NCBI GenBank assembly: GCA_964016885.1
Contig: OZ024748.1
Coordinates: 51,212,001 to 51,276,000, forward strand
Direction: 5' to 3'
Origin: Eledone cirrhosa
Taxonomy: Eukaryota
Length of the DNA: 64,000 bases
Shown: piece by piece, positions 40,277 through 53,639 of the stretch
Numbering within the stretch: position 1 is the first letter of the stretch
Layout of the letters: every line of letters starts with the position of its first letter
Notes under the pieces: model-generated
What the model saw: the letters and a program-made list of their open reading frames with translations, nothing else
Databases searched by the model: none
Told to the model about the DNA's origin: nothing
Position numbers and translations under genes: made by a program

Positions 40277-41397
40277 TAGATACATTTATACATAAATGCA
40301 TACACATATGCATATTGATTATAAATGTGTATTTGAAAGTCTTTAAAAACTTTTGTATATACATACTTCCACACACGTAGACATTTTTTCATAGCTATTT
40401 TATATCATGTGTGTGTGTGTGTGATAAATAGATAGTCAGATAGATAGATAGGTAGATAAATAGATAGATAACTGGATACATAGAAAGAGAGAAATGTAGA
40501 TAAATTGGTTGATATTTTAGACAATCACACTGTTTCATAGTCACACTTGCATAAACATACTGGTATTTATCTATGTGTACCTTTAAATGTTCACATGCAA
40601 TCACAAACGTACATGCAATCACATACATACACAAATATATATTTATATACACACACAAATATATATTTATATACACACACATATATATATATCAGTATGA
40701 ATGTAAGCAGAAATGCAAATTATCTCCCTCCCTGATGAAAATATATTGCGATAAATATAATTTTTTTTTTCTAAGAAGAAAATGGTATTTGGTATGAAAT
40801 ACACACCCCACACACGTTATTAAAAACACTTGCATACAAAAAATTACTATTATTATTATTAATATTATTATTATTACACATTAAAAATATAGAAGAATAA
40901 AAAGAAATTTGGGGAAGAATGCAGAATATTAATAAATCAATGATGTTAAAAAATATTAAAAAAAGGCTATTGAAAAAAAAAAAAAAATACTGACGTGTGT
41001 GAGTGTGTGGAATAGTGCTCATATATGGGTGTAAATTTAAGGGTAGGGAATTTGGTTAAGAAAAAATATGTCTAAAGAGAAAAACCAGGAATATAAAATA
41101 GATATATAACAAAAAGAAAACATATTGATAAATATATAAATGTGTAAAATTGAATCCAGAAACTGGAAACCTGTATTGAGTTGGAGAAATTTGAAAACAC
41201 ATCACATCTAATAGAGTATATGGTTGGAAGGAAAGAAGGAAAAGAAGAAGTACAGCAACAATGACTATAATAACAACAACAAGAGTAGTAGTAGTGGTGA
41301 GGAAATTAGCGAAAGCGAAGATGAAATTATATGGAAAGAACAATATGAGATAAAGAGGGAAATGAAGGATGAATGCTATATGAAATAGTTGAATATA

Positions 41398-41439
<42 letters not shown>

Positions 41440-41596
41440 TATATATATATATATTTATATATATGCACATATATATATATATATATATACACACATGTAT
41501 ATATATATATATATATATGCACATATATATATATATACATATACACACATGTATATATATATATATATATATGCACATATATATATATATACACAC

Positions 41597-41644
<48 letters not shown>

Positions 41645-41747
41645 GTGTATATATATATATATGCACATATATATATATATGCACATAAATATATGCACAC
41701 ATATATATGTATACATATATATGAATATATACAGAGATACATGCATA

Positions 41748-41807
<60 letters not shown>

Positions 41808-42200
41808 AAGAGAGAAGGGAAAGAGATAGAAAGAGGTGTATAGAAAACATGACTGACAGAATTTAAAGAACTGCCAAGAATGTGTTATTTATTTAAATCA
41901 GCTTTTACTAAGAAAGTCCTAAATAATAATATTTGCTGTATACACAGAGTCTCTACTGACAGAAAAAGATATTACTGTAAGTGAAATCTCAATGAATGTA
42001 GAATCTACTTCATCTCATCCTTTTGTTCTGACGATGAGGAGATTATATAAAAAGTCAGTTGCTTATTGTACAATGTATTAAATTAATTTTAGTTTACATA
42101 CTCAGTATGTTTTGAAATTTCTATATTTATAATGCAGTACATTATAACATTAACATCATACACTACTCTCATGCCAGTAATATATATATATATATATATA

Positions 42201-42388
42201 TAGGAACGAGTAGGACCCCGACGGTTGAGCTCAAGCCGTTTCGACGGCTAATTCTGAATTAGCCGTCGAAACGGCTTGAGCTCAGCCATCGGGGTCCTAC
42301 TCATTCCTATTACCCACTCTACTACCCTAAGTATTGAGTACTTTCGTGCGTTATGGTCCACTTGGTTCCTTACCACATTTCCTTCGTT
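42201..42388 (+). mobile_element. Family E element with a 54-bp-arm palindrome (42201-42309) centred on the putative HHR stem II
   Basis: GACGGCTAATTC-T-GAATTAGCCGTC-GAAA-CGGCTTGAGCTCAGCCATC-GGGG; (TA)n on both sides. Confidence 0.8.
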
Positions 42389-42468
42389 ATATATATATAT
42401 ATATATATATTAGTTCATGAAAATGACAAAACAGAGGTGCTAATGGTTTTATTAGTTTCACGAACAAT

Positions 42469-42929
42469 AACAGAAGGTCAGACTGGAAAATTTACTTTAG
42501 AATTTTAATTCTGTGAAATCACTATACCTATTTTGATGGCCTTGCTCCATCATTCGACTATGATGCAATAAAAGGCGATCTCATCAGGTGTCATCTGCAG
42601 AATTATATAACAGGATTAGTTTGAACCCAAACATATAATGGAAGATAGGGAAAAAGAAAATAGAAAATTTGATTTGGGGACTGCCTGCAAATATGTTGTT
42701 ATATCGATTGCAGATGGTCCTTGAATCGAATTTTCTATTTTCCTTTTCCATATCTTCCATTATATGTTTGGTTTCAACTTAATCCTATTACATAATTCTG
42801 CAGATGACACCTGACGAGATGGCCTTATCTTGCATCAAAATCGGATGATGGAGCTGGGCCATAGAAATATGTATAGTGATTTCGTGCAATTTAAAATACT
42901 AAGCAAATTTTCCAGTTTGGCCTTCTGTT
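42469..42929. repeat. Old imperfect palindrome (about 215-bp arms) carrying a decayed HHR (family H3; + copy at 42808-42878)
   Basis: CAC-CTGACGA-GATGGCC...GGCCATA-GAAA-TATGTA-TA-GTG; the left arm has GAAA changed to AAAA. Confidence 0.8.
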
Positions 42930-43399
42930 GTTTTAATGAATACTTAATTCCGTTCCTGCACCAACCACTGGATACCACATCTATGATAGATAACTTGTAT
43001 AATGTTAAGTGCTTTAATTAATTTGTTGCATCACCGTTTACCCACCAGAACCAACAGTTCTACACATTGGTAAACATAAATGATATATATATATATACAT
43101 TTACATTCACAGGCACACACACATACTAATATAGTTCTAAATCGTATATTAACACATAATATATATATATATTTGTGAAAGCTGTGGATGCACTCTCATG
43201 TATGTCCACTGTATACACCCATTTATATTTCACTTTTTCTTTGCACATAGAAATTTCCCCTCCAAGGCACAAGCCAATGAAAAGTGTTTTTTGTGGAATA
43301 CCAGCAGATTCCCTTACATACAATCTCCTCTCCCTAAGCCCCCAATATGTCCAAGGGTAAAGCAATGATTGATACCAGTGACGTTGCAACTTATACAGT

Positions 43400-43540
43400 A
43401 TTTTCCAGGTGAGTGAACTGGAACAACATGAAATAAAATGAATTGTTTAATGACACCCTACACTGCATGGTCAGGGAACTGAACTCACAACCTTACAATT
43501 GTGAGCCCAACACACTAACCACTAAGTAATGTACCTTCTC
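43400..43540 (-). mobile_element. Degenerate SINE-B head and CORE-like domain
   Basis: GAACTCACAACCTT...CTAACCACTAAG. Confidence 0.6.
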
Positions 43541-43650
43541 ACAAATAAACTACAATATTAGTACACACACACACCAGTATATGTATATACCCACGCATAT
43601 GCAATAGTTCACTCACCTGGAAAATATTGTATGAGAGCATGTATGTATAT

Positions 43651-43770
43651 ATACTTTGAGTAGATATACATACAAGCTATTAGAATCAAAGGTGCATATA
43701 TTGTGGAGTAGATATACTTTGAGTAGATATACATACAAGCTATTAGAATCAAAGGTGCATATATTGTGGA
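43651..43770. repeat. 63-bp tandem duplication
   Basis: ATACTTTGAGTAGATATACATACAAGCTATTAGAATC... starts at 43651 and 43714. Confidence 0.9.
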
Positions 43771-44091
43771 CATAAAGACTTATAACAATTGGTACAGACA
43801 AACATATTCATGCAATTTTGCAAATACAGCGACATGAGTAAACATGAAAATATACACATGTAGTCTTACATTCTGCTGGATATATTGGAGAGAAAAAGAT
43901 ATATGGATGTTGGCGTGATTACAGAAATTTTTTCAATTAAGTAAATGTAGTAAATAGTTATGTATGTGGATGCATTGATATGAAATAGATACTGTTTATG
44001 ATACATATTTGGTGTTTAGAGTATATCTTCTACATATGTGGAAATGTGACTGTAGGGAAGGAGTTTACATTAGATGATATTAAGGATAACA

Positions 44092-44315
44092 CAAGATGTG
44101 CCTTGTTTTTTGTTTTATGTAATGTTTGAGGTTTGGTAAGTTAAGCACATTTGAGTGGGAGTCCTAAAGTGAGTTTGTATTGAAGTTCGAATTGCACTTG
44201 TCTGATGGAGAAATTGTTTTCTGGCTACATTAAGGAATTACTTGGTAACATCCATGGTCACTTGGCAGTTGAAAAGGGAATTGTACCATTTGGTTTGTAT
44301 TTTTCTTCTCTTGGT
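44092..44315 (-). pseudogene. Decayed Penelope-like (Naiad-type) ORF fragment, RT-thumb/linker region
   Basis: Hand translation TKRRKIQTKWYNSLFNCQVTMDVTK*FLNVARKQF, frameshift, PSDKCNSNFNTNSL*DSHSNVLNLPNLKHYIKQKTRHIL resembles the recalled PLE motif RKR.IIWFNPPFS.NV.TNIG..FL.LI.KHFP....L.KIFNRNT.K.SYSC.PN...II..HN..IL. Confidence 0.55.
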
Positions 44316-45185
44316 GACAGGGTTATAGTGTGTTGAGCTTTCAAGTATTGTCGTTGGTATAGATACATATATATACATATGTGTTCGTGTGTGTGTGTGA
44401 GTGTGCCATAATATACATACAGAGAGAAAAAGAAGGGTAGTGGTGAAGAAGAAGTAAAAAAAAAACCTTCATCAGAAAACTTCTCATTGCTATTTTTATG
44501 TTCAGTATTTAAATAATTTATTTATGTCTGACAACTTAGTTGAAGTAAAAATATTAAATTCTATGTAAATTTCTATTGTTAATTACTCAAGCACACAATG
44601 TATTATTCCATTGGAACTGAAAAATAATTTTCATTTCTCTTGCATTTTTCTCAATGCAATTACCACCACCAACACCATCATCATCATCACATTTTATAAT
44701 TTTTCATTTATGGTTTAACACTAACTTATCTGTATTGGCATGGCATCAATGGATCTAAAGAATAAACGATCTATTCTTAACCTCATTTCCCCCCATCAAT
44801 CACTCAATCGATATACCAATTCCTTCCACTCAATATTTTATCATTTCTTTTACTTAGGTTTCACAAGAAGCATTTTGCTTTGAGTTATTGAATATTTTTT
44901 TCTAATATGCTGAAGAAAAAATATTGTCTTACACCCTAGATGATATAAGTAAATTTTGAAATTTTTTAATGCACAATCTTTTCTTATTTCAATAACTTAT
45001 CTTTTGAAACACTCCAGTAAAGTGCCCACATTATCATCGTTGTCGCCTCCACCTTTTTATTCTTTTTCTTTGCCCATTTATTCCTGGGGCGGGGAAGGGT
45101 CTTGAGGGATGAGGCTTCAAACATTCCTTCCACAGGTCCTATCAGAAATATCTGTCTCCAATTGATCCAGCTGAATCCCAATGCA

Positions 45186-45526
45186 AGACCAACTGAATTT
45201 CAAAGTGAGACCAACTGAATTTCAAAGTGAGACCAACTGAATTTTAAAGTGAGACCAACTGAATTTTAAAGTGAGACCAACTGAATTTTAAAGTGAGACC
45301 AACTGAATTTCAAAGTGAGACCAACTGAATTTCAAAGTGAGACCAACTGAATTTCAAAGTGAGACCAACTGAATTTTAAAGTGAGACCAACTGAATTTCA
45401 AAGTGAGACCAACTGAATTTTAAAGTGAGACCAACTGAATTTCAAAGTGAGACCAACTGAATTTTAAAGTGAGACCAACTGAATTTTAAAGTGAGACCAA
45501 CTGAATTTTAAAGTGAGACCAACTGA
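45186..45526. repeat. 22-bp minisatellite, about 15.5 copies
   Basis: Unit AGACCAACTGAATTTYAAAGTG, no spacers. Confidence 0.97.
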
Positions 45527-47127
45527 GCTCATGGATGTTATCTTGCTTGGAGTCTAACCCTAGGTCTCCTGCCAGATGGTTCTGCAAGGCTATGATAGAA
45601 GCCACATGTGCACAGTGTCATACAGTTGAATGCAAGACCCAGATCTATGTGAAATCCATCCTTAATGAATAGGGTCACTTGAAATAACTAACATGCCTAA
45701 CATTATAAGTGCTATGATAAAAAGCCCTGCTTTCCTCTCTGTTCAGTTATGAAAATTGAAGCTTGTTAAATGTTCTAAGGAGGAATCTATGCTCTTCAAT
45801 GCCTACCTTCATCAAATTACCTAACTTTGCAAATCTAATGTTTAAGTTTCTTGCTCCTTTATGCCATGTTTAAATTACCTAACTTTCTAAATGATCGGTG
45901 CAAGGTCCTTGATTTTATCTTCCCAGCTTACATTGCTTAACTTTATAAATATCCTGATGAAGGGTAATGCTTAGACATAAATAAAAAAAAATCTGCCATC
46001 TTCTTGGAACATTCAACAACTCTCAAATCATATATTTAAAAAAATCTTTTCTCAGGATTAATCCAACTTCATAAATATGAGTATGCATTTGCTTGCTATT
46101 ATATATATATATATACATGCATGTATATAAGCATGTATATGAACATGTATATATACATATATTAACATACACACACATGTATAAACATATGTATATATAT
46201 ATATATATATATATACATTTATACACACATACATATGAACCAACAGTAACATAAATCTATATGTGTGTGTGTGTGTGTTCATGTATGAATGTGTGTGTTC
46301 ATATAACTGTGCCTCATAATGAATTTGCCAGTGTACTATAGAAACAAACTGATAAATTAATTGAAATAGACAAGTTGAATTCATAAATCTTTTGTCCTAT
46401 ATCTTTCTCATGAAACACTACACAACCTCACAACCACTACACAACACAGCCACTACACCCCCCTACAATAACAACCACTACTCTACACACACACAATCAC
46501 TAACTACACTACACTACACACAACACACACACACAACCACTAAACAACACACATACAACCACTACACAACAGTACACATACACCCACTAAACATTCACCT
46601 ACACAACTACTACACTACACACACAAAACTACTACACTACACAAACACAACCACTAAACAACACAAACACAACCACTAAACAACACACACGCAACCACTA
46701 CACAACAGTACACACACACCCACTACACAACAGTACATACACAACCACTAAACACTCACCCACACAACCACTACACTACACACACACAACCACTACACTA
46801 CACACGCACAACCACTACACAACAAACACACAAGCACAACACTACACATACCCACACCACAACACACACAGAAACATACACTACACACACACAACCACTT
46901 CACTTCACACACACAACACTTGCACTACACACATATGCAAAAAACAATAAATATATTAGTACCGCTTATAAAACATATCTACTTCACATTTTTCTTCTTT
47001 ATATATATGGAGATGTTTATGGTTTTATTTAAAAGAAAACGACTAGGTCTCAAAGCTCTTACAGAATAGAGTGAAAGTCCTGAAATCAAAACAAGGGGGC
47101 AATGTTTCTATTGGTTACAACTGGTAA

Positions 47128-47320
47128 ATAATTGTTTCTACTTTTGACACAAGATCAGTAATTACCCAGTACATTACTGGTACTTTATTTTATCGACCCC
47201 GTAAGGATCAAAGGCAAAGTCAACCTCGGCAGGATTTGAACTCAGATCATAAAGGGACGTAACTCTATGCTTCAAAGCATGGTGTCTGACTCTCTACCGA
47301 TACTGCCGATCCACTGCCCT
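47128..47320 (-). mobile_element. SINE-A
   Basis: Consensus boxes and tail. Confidence 0.9.
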
Positions 47321-47580
47321 ATATATAATATAATAATACAATGATAAAATTTGTTAAGCCTTCATTATGTTTATTAATTTGTGATGCATATTTCACTATT
47401 GATCAGCTCAAGGTTTGATCTGTATCGATCTGGAATCAAAAGCTCATTGGACCTCTGCTGTTGTAAAGACAGAATGAACATATAAAGTGTAGAAATGTCT
47501 GTAATGTTTTGTGTTCCTATGGTGGTCAATTTATGTTGTTTTGATTGGTGACTTAGCTATGAGGAATCAATAAACGTAAT

Positions 47581-47923
47581 GAAGGCACATGGCTTAGTGG
47601 TTAGAGCATTGGCCTTGCAATCGAAAGGTTGTGAGTTCAATTCTCAGACCGGGTGATGTGTTTTTTCCTTGAGCAAGACACTTTATTTCACATTGCTCCA
47701 GTTTACTCAGCTGTAGAAATGAGATGATAGGGACTGGGGTCCCTATCATTCCACTGCAAAGTGGTCGTGCAGGTGCCACGGCAAAAAAGCACCCAGCACT
47801 CACTGTAAATGAGGTTGGTGTTAGGAAGGGCATCCAGCTGTAGAAATCAAGCCAGAATCAGTTCCCGTCCCACCCTTGCAAGCAAGGAAAAAGCAGACGT
47901 AAAATGAAATGATGATGATGATG
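47581..47923 (+). mobile_element. SINE-B, full length
   Basis: As 32227-32577. Confidence 0.92.
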
Positions 47924-48085
47924 AAGGCTTAACAAATCGTCCTTGTATTATTATATTATTATATTTCACTCTGTCTAGCTCTACACCTTGCCACTGACAT
48001 GAACCTAAACACTGAGTGCTCACCTGGGTGAACCTACCGTAACTTTACGTTATACTCCCTGGATAGATATATATCTCACAACAAA

Positions 48086-48300
48086 GGGCAGGGGATTGGC
48101 AGTATTGGTAGAAAATCAAACCACATGCTTCGCATCATATAGTTGCATCTCTTTACATTCTGAGCTCAAATCCTGCCAAGGTTAGCTTTAGTGTTCATCC
48201 TTACAGAGTCAATAAAATAATGTACCAGTCAAGCACTAGGGCCTAATCGACTTTTCCCTCCCTCAATATGGTTGGACTTGTGTCTAAATCAGAAACCATT
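48086..48300 (+). mobile_element. Degenerate SINE-A (other old or partial copies at about 7975-8115, 18669-18760, 37735-37890, 62288-62415)
   Basis: GGATTGGCAGTATTGGTAG...CTCAAATCCTGCCAAGG...TCATCCTTACAG. Confidence 0.75.
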
Positions 48301-49059
48301 ATCATAATATTTTTACATCTCCTTTCCCTGCATCCATGGGTCTCATGGGTTATCTAGGTGAAGTCTTACTTCAGATTTCTTTTCTCTGAGATGAACTGAA
48401 GGATTATATCTCACTTTTTCAAGTGCTGATTACTTTACAGAGAATTATGGGTGCCTAATGGAACTACCACTAGTGATGTTGCTTTGTTTGCACAAGACTA
48501 AACGAATACAAAAATAAGAGTCTGAGATGTGAGTGCATCAAAAAGGTGAGGAAGGGGACGTAGATGTATAATCAAGAGAGACATATTGAGTGAGATACCC
48601 AAACATGAATACTTATCTGTCAATTTTTATTACTATCACCATTTTAACCTTTGTTTCAATATGCTTCCAAATGAGGGTGATTCTTCACAAACACAGCTTG
48701 TCCTTAATTATTCATCACAGTCCTTTGTTTTCTATTTTGTGAGGTCAGCATCTTAAAATCTTTCTTCATCATTTTGGCCCATATCTTTTTTTAATCTCAC
48801 CTCACTGTTCCAAAGGTTCCGTCTATTTTGAGAGTCCTACTGGATCACTTGATTTAGTTGATAATATAAATCCTAGTACTTACTTTTTCGAGTTTGCTAC
48901 TGATCTTATTCATCTCCCTTTGTCGAACTGCTAAGTTGAGGGACATAAATACAGGCACAAAGGGAAACATAAACATCAATACAGAAGTAGACACACTCAC
49001 ACACACACACAATGTCGAAACACCTGAGACCCGCAGCAGACAACTGAAGAAGGAGAATG

Positions 49060-49151
<92 letters not shown>

Positions 49152-49157
<6 letters not shown>

Positions 49158-49538
49158 TCGTTTCTGAATTTGTTTAGCAAGATTCTTTATCTGAAAACGT
49201 GTGTTGAAACCGATATTGTTATACTTTGGGAGGGTCATGTTGCCAATAAGAAACACATGCACCAGTTGCTTTCACTTCAATTTATTATAATAAATTTATA
49301 AATTTAGGAATTTATAAATTTCCGGTTGGTTGGTTGGTTCCACAACCAGATGATTGTTTATATATTGTCAAAGTTCTTTCGTCACACATTCTGTGACCTC
49401 TTGAGTGACTGGGGATTCTTTTCTTTGTTTTTGTGCCTCTCCTTTGTTCTGTCCTACGCCATCTTGTTTTTGTGTTAAATTGAAGTGAAAGCACTGGTGC
49501 GTGTGTTTCTTATTGGCAACATGACCCTCCCAAAGTAT

Positions 49539-49546
<8 letters not shown>
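49152..49546. mobile_element. Family F short element with an inverted terminal arm (49213-49284 vs 49476-49546), between (TA)n tracts
   Basis: ATATTGTTATACTTTGGGAGGGTCATGTTGCCAATAAG is mirrored; other copies at 2328-2383, 50139-50228 and 55730-56209. Confidence 0.85.
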
Positions 49547-49588
<42 letters not shown>

Positions 49589-49750
49589 GAGTCGGGACCA
49601 TGATGGCTGAGCTCTTGCAGTTTTAACAGTTAGTTACAGACTAGCTGCCATCAGAGTCGCGATTCTTTCATATAACCATACTCTACTACCACAAGTATCG
49701 AGTACTCTGGTGAGTAATGATCTAACTGGTTTTTTACCTTATCCATCTTG

Positions 49751-49787
<37 letters not shown>

Positions 49788-49825
49788 TATATATATATAA
49801 TATATATGTGTGTGTGTCTGTGTGT

Positions 49826-50100
49826 GAAGGCACATGGCTTAGTGGTTAGAGCATTGGGCTTGCAATCGAAAGGTTGTGAGTTCAATTCTCGGACCGGGTG
49901 ATGTGTTGTTTCCTTGAGCAAGACACTTTATTTCACATGCTCCAGTTTACTCAGCTGTAAAAATGAGATGAGGAGGTACCAGCCTGCCCACCCAGCCACA
50001 GTGGGATGGCATTATCTTATGGCTAAAACAGCACGATGTGCTGTGACCAGCAGCGCCGAATGGACGCCCGACAGATTGGTCAGGTCAAGGTGATCAAGGT
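49826..50100 (+). mobile_element. SINE-B head and CORE-like domain with an alternative 3' body
   Basis: Near-identical to SINE-B up to CTCAGCTGTAAAAATGAGATGA, then unrelated GGAGGTACCAGCCTGCCC...GGTGATCAAGGTG. Confidence 0.75.
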
Positions 50101-50105
50101 GATAT

Positions 50106-50141
<36 letters not shown>

Positions 50142-50222
50142 TTTCTGAATTTGTTTAGCAAGATTCTTTATCTGAAATCGTGTGTTGAAACCGATATTGG
50201 CAACATGACCCTCCCAAAGTAT

Positions 50223-50266
<44 letters not shown>

Positions 50267-50723
50267 AACCATTGCTTGCAGGGAAAGTTGATGTTAAAAC
50301 AATGTTGATGATGATATACGATGAGCTTCTGGAATTTAGGTATACCAAATTTCACTCTACATGGCATTTGGTCAAGCCAAGGCCAAAGTAGAAGATGATT
50401 GTCTAAGGTGTGGCACAATGTGATTGAACCCACAATCAAATGGTTGCAAAGTGGATACTTAATCACATGGCCATGGCCTTACCTACATATACATACAACC
50501 CCCCCCCCCCCCTACACACACACAGACTCAGACACACACACACACAAATATATATCTATAGACACTTATATATATACTGGAATGTGATGAAGTAGAAGAA
50601 ATTGCTTCTATGAGAAGGGAAAAGCATATCTCTGAAATTATCTATAAACTTATATATATATTTCATTAAATCTATCAATCAATCAATCCCCCCCCCCCCT
50701 ACCCCCTCTCCCTCTTTATATAA

Positions 50724-50757
<34 letters not shown>

Positions 50758-50823
50758 ATATATATATAGACTATATATATATATGAATGTATGTATAGTA
50801 TATTTGATAATATACTGTATGTT

Positions 50824-50870
<47 letters not shown>

Positions 50871-50876
50871 TATATA

Positions 50877-50943
<67 letters not shown>

Positions 50944-51076
50944 TTGTCTATATATCTATCTTATTCCCTCTTCGACATAATTCTATCACTGATCAAATCT
51001 GACATATTAATTTATTTAAGTATGCCTGATATATATATATATATATATAAATATATATATATGCATACATATACAC

Positions 51077-51143
<67 letters not shown>

Positions 51144-51309
51144 TGTATATGCATACATATACACATGTGTGTGTATATATATATATATATCCTGCATCAT
51201 CACTTTCTCACAAACACACAGGGAGAGTCACACACATAGGAGTAGCAAAAATAAATATTCCATCAATTCTTGGGTTTCTTTTTTTTTTATTTTGTTTTTA
51301 ATTTAGTTT

Positions 51310-51700
51310 TTATGCTGTTGTTGTAATGGTGGTGGCAGTTGTGCTGGTAGTTGTGGTGGTAGTTGTGGTGATGCTGGTTGATGGGCTGGTGGTGGTCGTG
51401 ATGGTTGATGGGGTGGGGGTGGTCGTGATGGTAGATGTAGTGGTGGTGGTAGTTGTGGTGATGGTGGTTGTTTGGGTGGTGGTTGTGGTGGTGGTCATGA
51501 TGGTAGATATAGTGGTGGTGGTGGTGGTGGTGGTAGTTGTGGCGCTGGTAGTTGTGGTGATGGTGGTTGTTGGGGTGGTGGTTGCAGTATTAGTTGTCAT
51601 TGTGGTGGTGGTCGTGATGGTAGATATAGTGGTGGTGGTGGTGGTAGTTGTAATGTTGGTGGAAGCTGTGGTGGTGGTAGTGGTATGAAGTGGTGTTGGA
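51310..51700. repeat. (GTG/GTT)n low-complexity tract
   Basis: Explains the poly-V/poly-T ORFs. Confidence 0.92.
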
Positions 51701-53051
51701 GCAGGCATTATTTTCTATTTTTTTGTACTGTTTTTTTTTTTTTATCTATTTGGTTATTGTTTGTATTTTGCTTATCTTGTGTCTTGATCTATTTTTTATT
51801 TGTTTTTTTCTTCATGCATGCAAAAAAAAGCTCATTATTATTATTATCATTGTTGTTGTGATCATCGTTATCATTAATCTTGTTTCTAATTCTGGGCAGA
51901 TATATACTTTATATAAATATACAATCACATTGAATATCAGATGAAGACATGCACCTCTATGTTGTGATAAATAGATACATATGCGTGTGTGTGTCTTTTT
52001 ATTCAATTTAAACATTTTTTGCACAGAATAAACACTGCAGGGGGAGAAAATAGCAGTTGATATATTATTTTTTCTTTTTTCAAATTAATGAACAAAATCT
52101 CCAAAAAACAATTTTTTTTTTAGTAGGTTGGTACAGTGATGTATGAAGATTGTAGCCCCTGATAGACAGGGAGAGGGGCACCCACATAGGACAAGGGAAG
52201 AGTTAATAAGAACAATCTGAAAACCTGGATCTTGAACCATAACCTATTCCTAGAATGGACACTCTGGAGAGATGCTTTGAAAGAGGCTACTAAATCGTCC
52301 ACTGGTTGTGACAAGTAAGGAATATGTTAAACTAGACGAATAGGAATAATGATGTTTTCTAAATTTAGTTATAATCAGTTAACACTTTAAGATATACATT
52401 GTGTTTACTATTGTATTTTTATAGTAAAGGCTTTATCTTACATATTTATCTCACATGATATCAAATCTATGAGAATAGGGAAATATAAAGAAAAAGAGAA
52501 AAGAAAGAAGAAAAAGAATGGGGAGGGGAGGAGTGGCAAGAGCTCTGATGTCACATAGGAGATGGGAGTGATGAAGAGGAGGGTGATTGGGTTTTGGACC
52601 TTGGGCAAGACCGCAAAAGCATCTCCGCAGACGATGGCCAGTGACACCCACTACAACAGCCACCCAACCTCACAGGGCTCCCTCCTCAGACAAGCCACTG
52701 CCACTGTGGAGAAGCTCGGCTGTACGGGATCTAAGTACGCCTGAGGTCTCGACGGTGACTGTAATTTTGTTGTTAATTTTCAGCAAAGTCAACCATAAAA
52801 TTGCTCGGTATGCAAATTAGGCTAATCAACTGATGCATACTATCGAGAATACTCTATATTCTCAAGAGTTCTGGTGAATAACAGAAGGGAGATACACAAT
52901 CTTGACAAAGGGCAATAACCCCAAAACAATATTGTCAATTTTTTTTCTTTGTCTCTGATAGAACAAAAGGATGGTGATGGTCATCCAAAAAACATAGGAA
53001 ATGAGGTCGTTTGCTTGCAAACGAATTGAATATTATTATTATTTTATATAA

Positions 53052-53245
53052 GGGCGGTGGATTGGCAGTATCGGTAGAGGGTCGGATGTCATGCTTTGAC
53101 GCGTAGAGTTACGGCCCTTTATGGTCTGAGTTCAAATCCCGCTGAGGTTAACTTTACCTTTCATCCTTACGGGGTTGATGAAATAAAGTACCAGTAATGC
53201 ACTGGGATAATTGCTGACCTTGTGCCAAAAGTAGAAATAATTATT
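53052..53245 (+). mobile_element. SINE-A, full length
   Basis: GGGCGGTGGATTGGCAGTATCGG ... GTAGAAATAATT. Confidence 0.9.
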
Positions 53246-53639
53246 ATTTGATATAAAACTTACAAATGCATTTATGATAGAAGGTTTTAGGTAAATATGA
53301 ACACTAACTCTTTCATTACCACATTTCTAATGAAAGTTACTGCCTCCAATGTTTAAATAATTTTGAAAATGACCTTAGATTTAGTAATATAAACAACTTT
53401 CCCTTTATAAAGTTAGTCTTTGGAACCTGACAAATGTTTATTCAAAAAATTATGATGGAAGATTTTTAGATAAATATATTCACTTGAAAGCAAATAGTTT
53501 CATCTGGTTTGGTACCAAAAGGGTTTAATAAAGTCAGTTACTTCCTTATAAACTAATATTAAATTATTTATTCTAGTTTGTGGATTTTATTTTTTGTTTT
53601 TGATTTAATGAATACACATATTTCAATATATATAAGATA

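Noticed and set aside
45186-45526. 22-bp repeat array as a CRISPR
   Set aside because: Units are contiguous with no unique spacers, there are no cas genes, and the context is eukaryotic.
25310-45965. Isolated CTGATGA/CTGAAGA heptamers (e.g. about 25313, 39386, 40732, 45954)
   Set aside because: No stem II-GAAA-stem III-UH-stem I arrangement could be built.
49213-49546. Family F as a classical MITE with 70-bp TIRs
   Set aside because: Other copies have different inversion lengths and sequence extending beyond one arm, inconsistent with fixed TIRs.
51310-51861. Poly-Thr/Val/Gly ORFs (also 35256, 59223, 63654)
   Set aside because: Trinucleotide low-complexity sequence with no splice or domain context.
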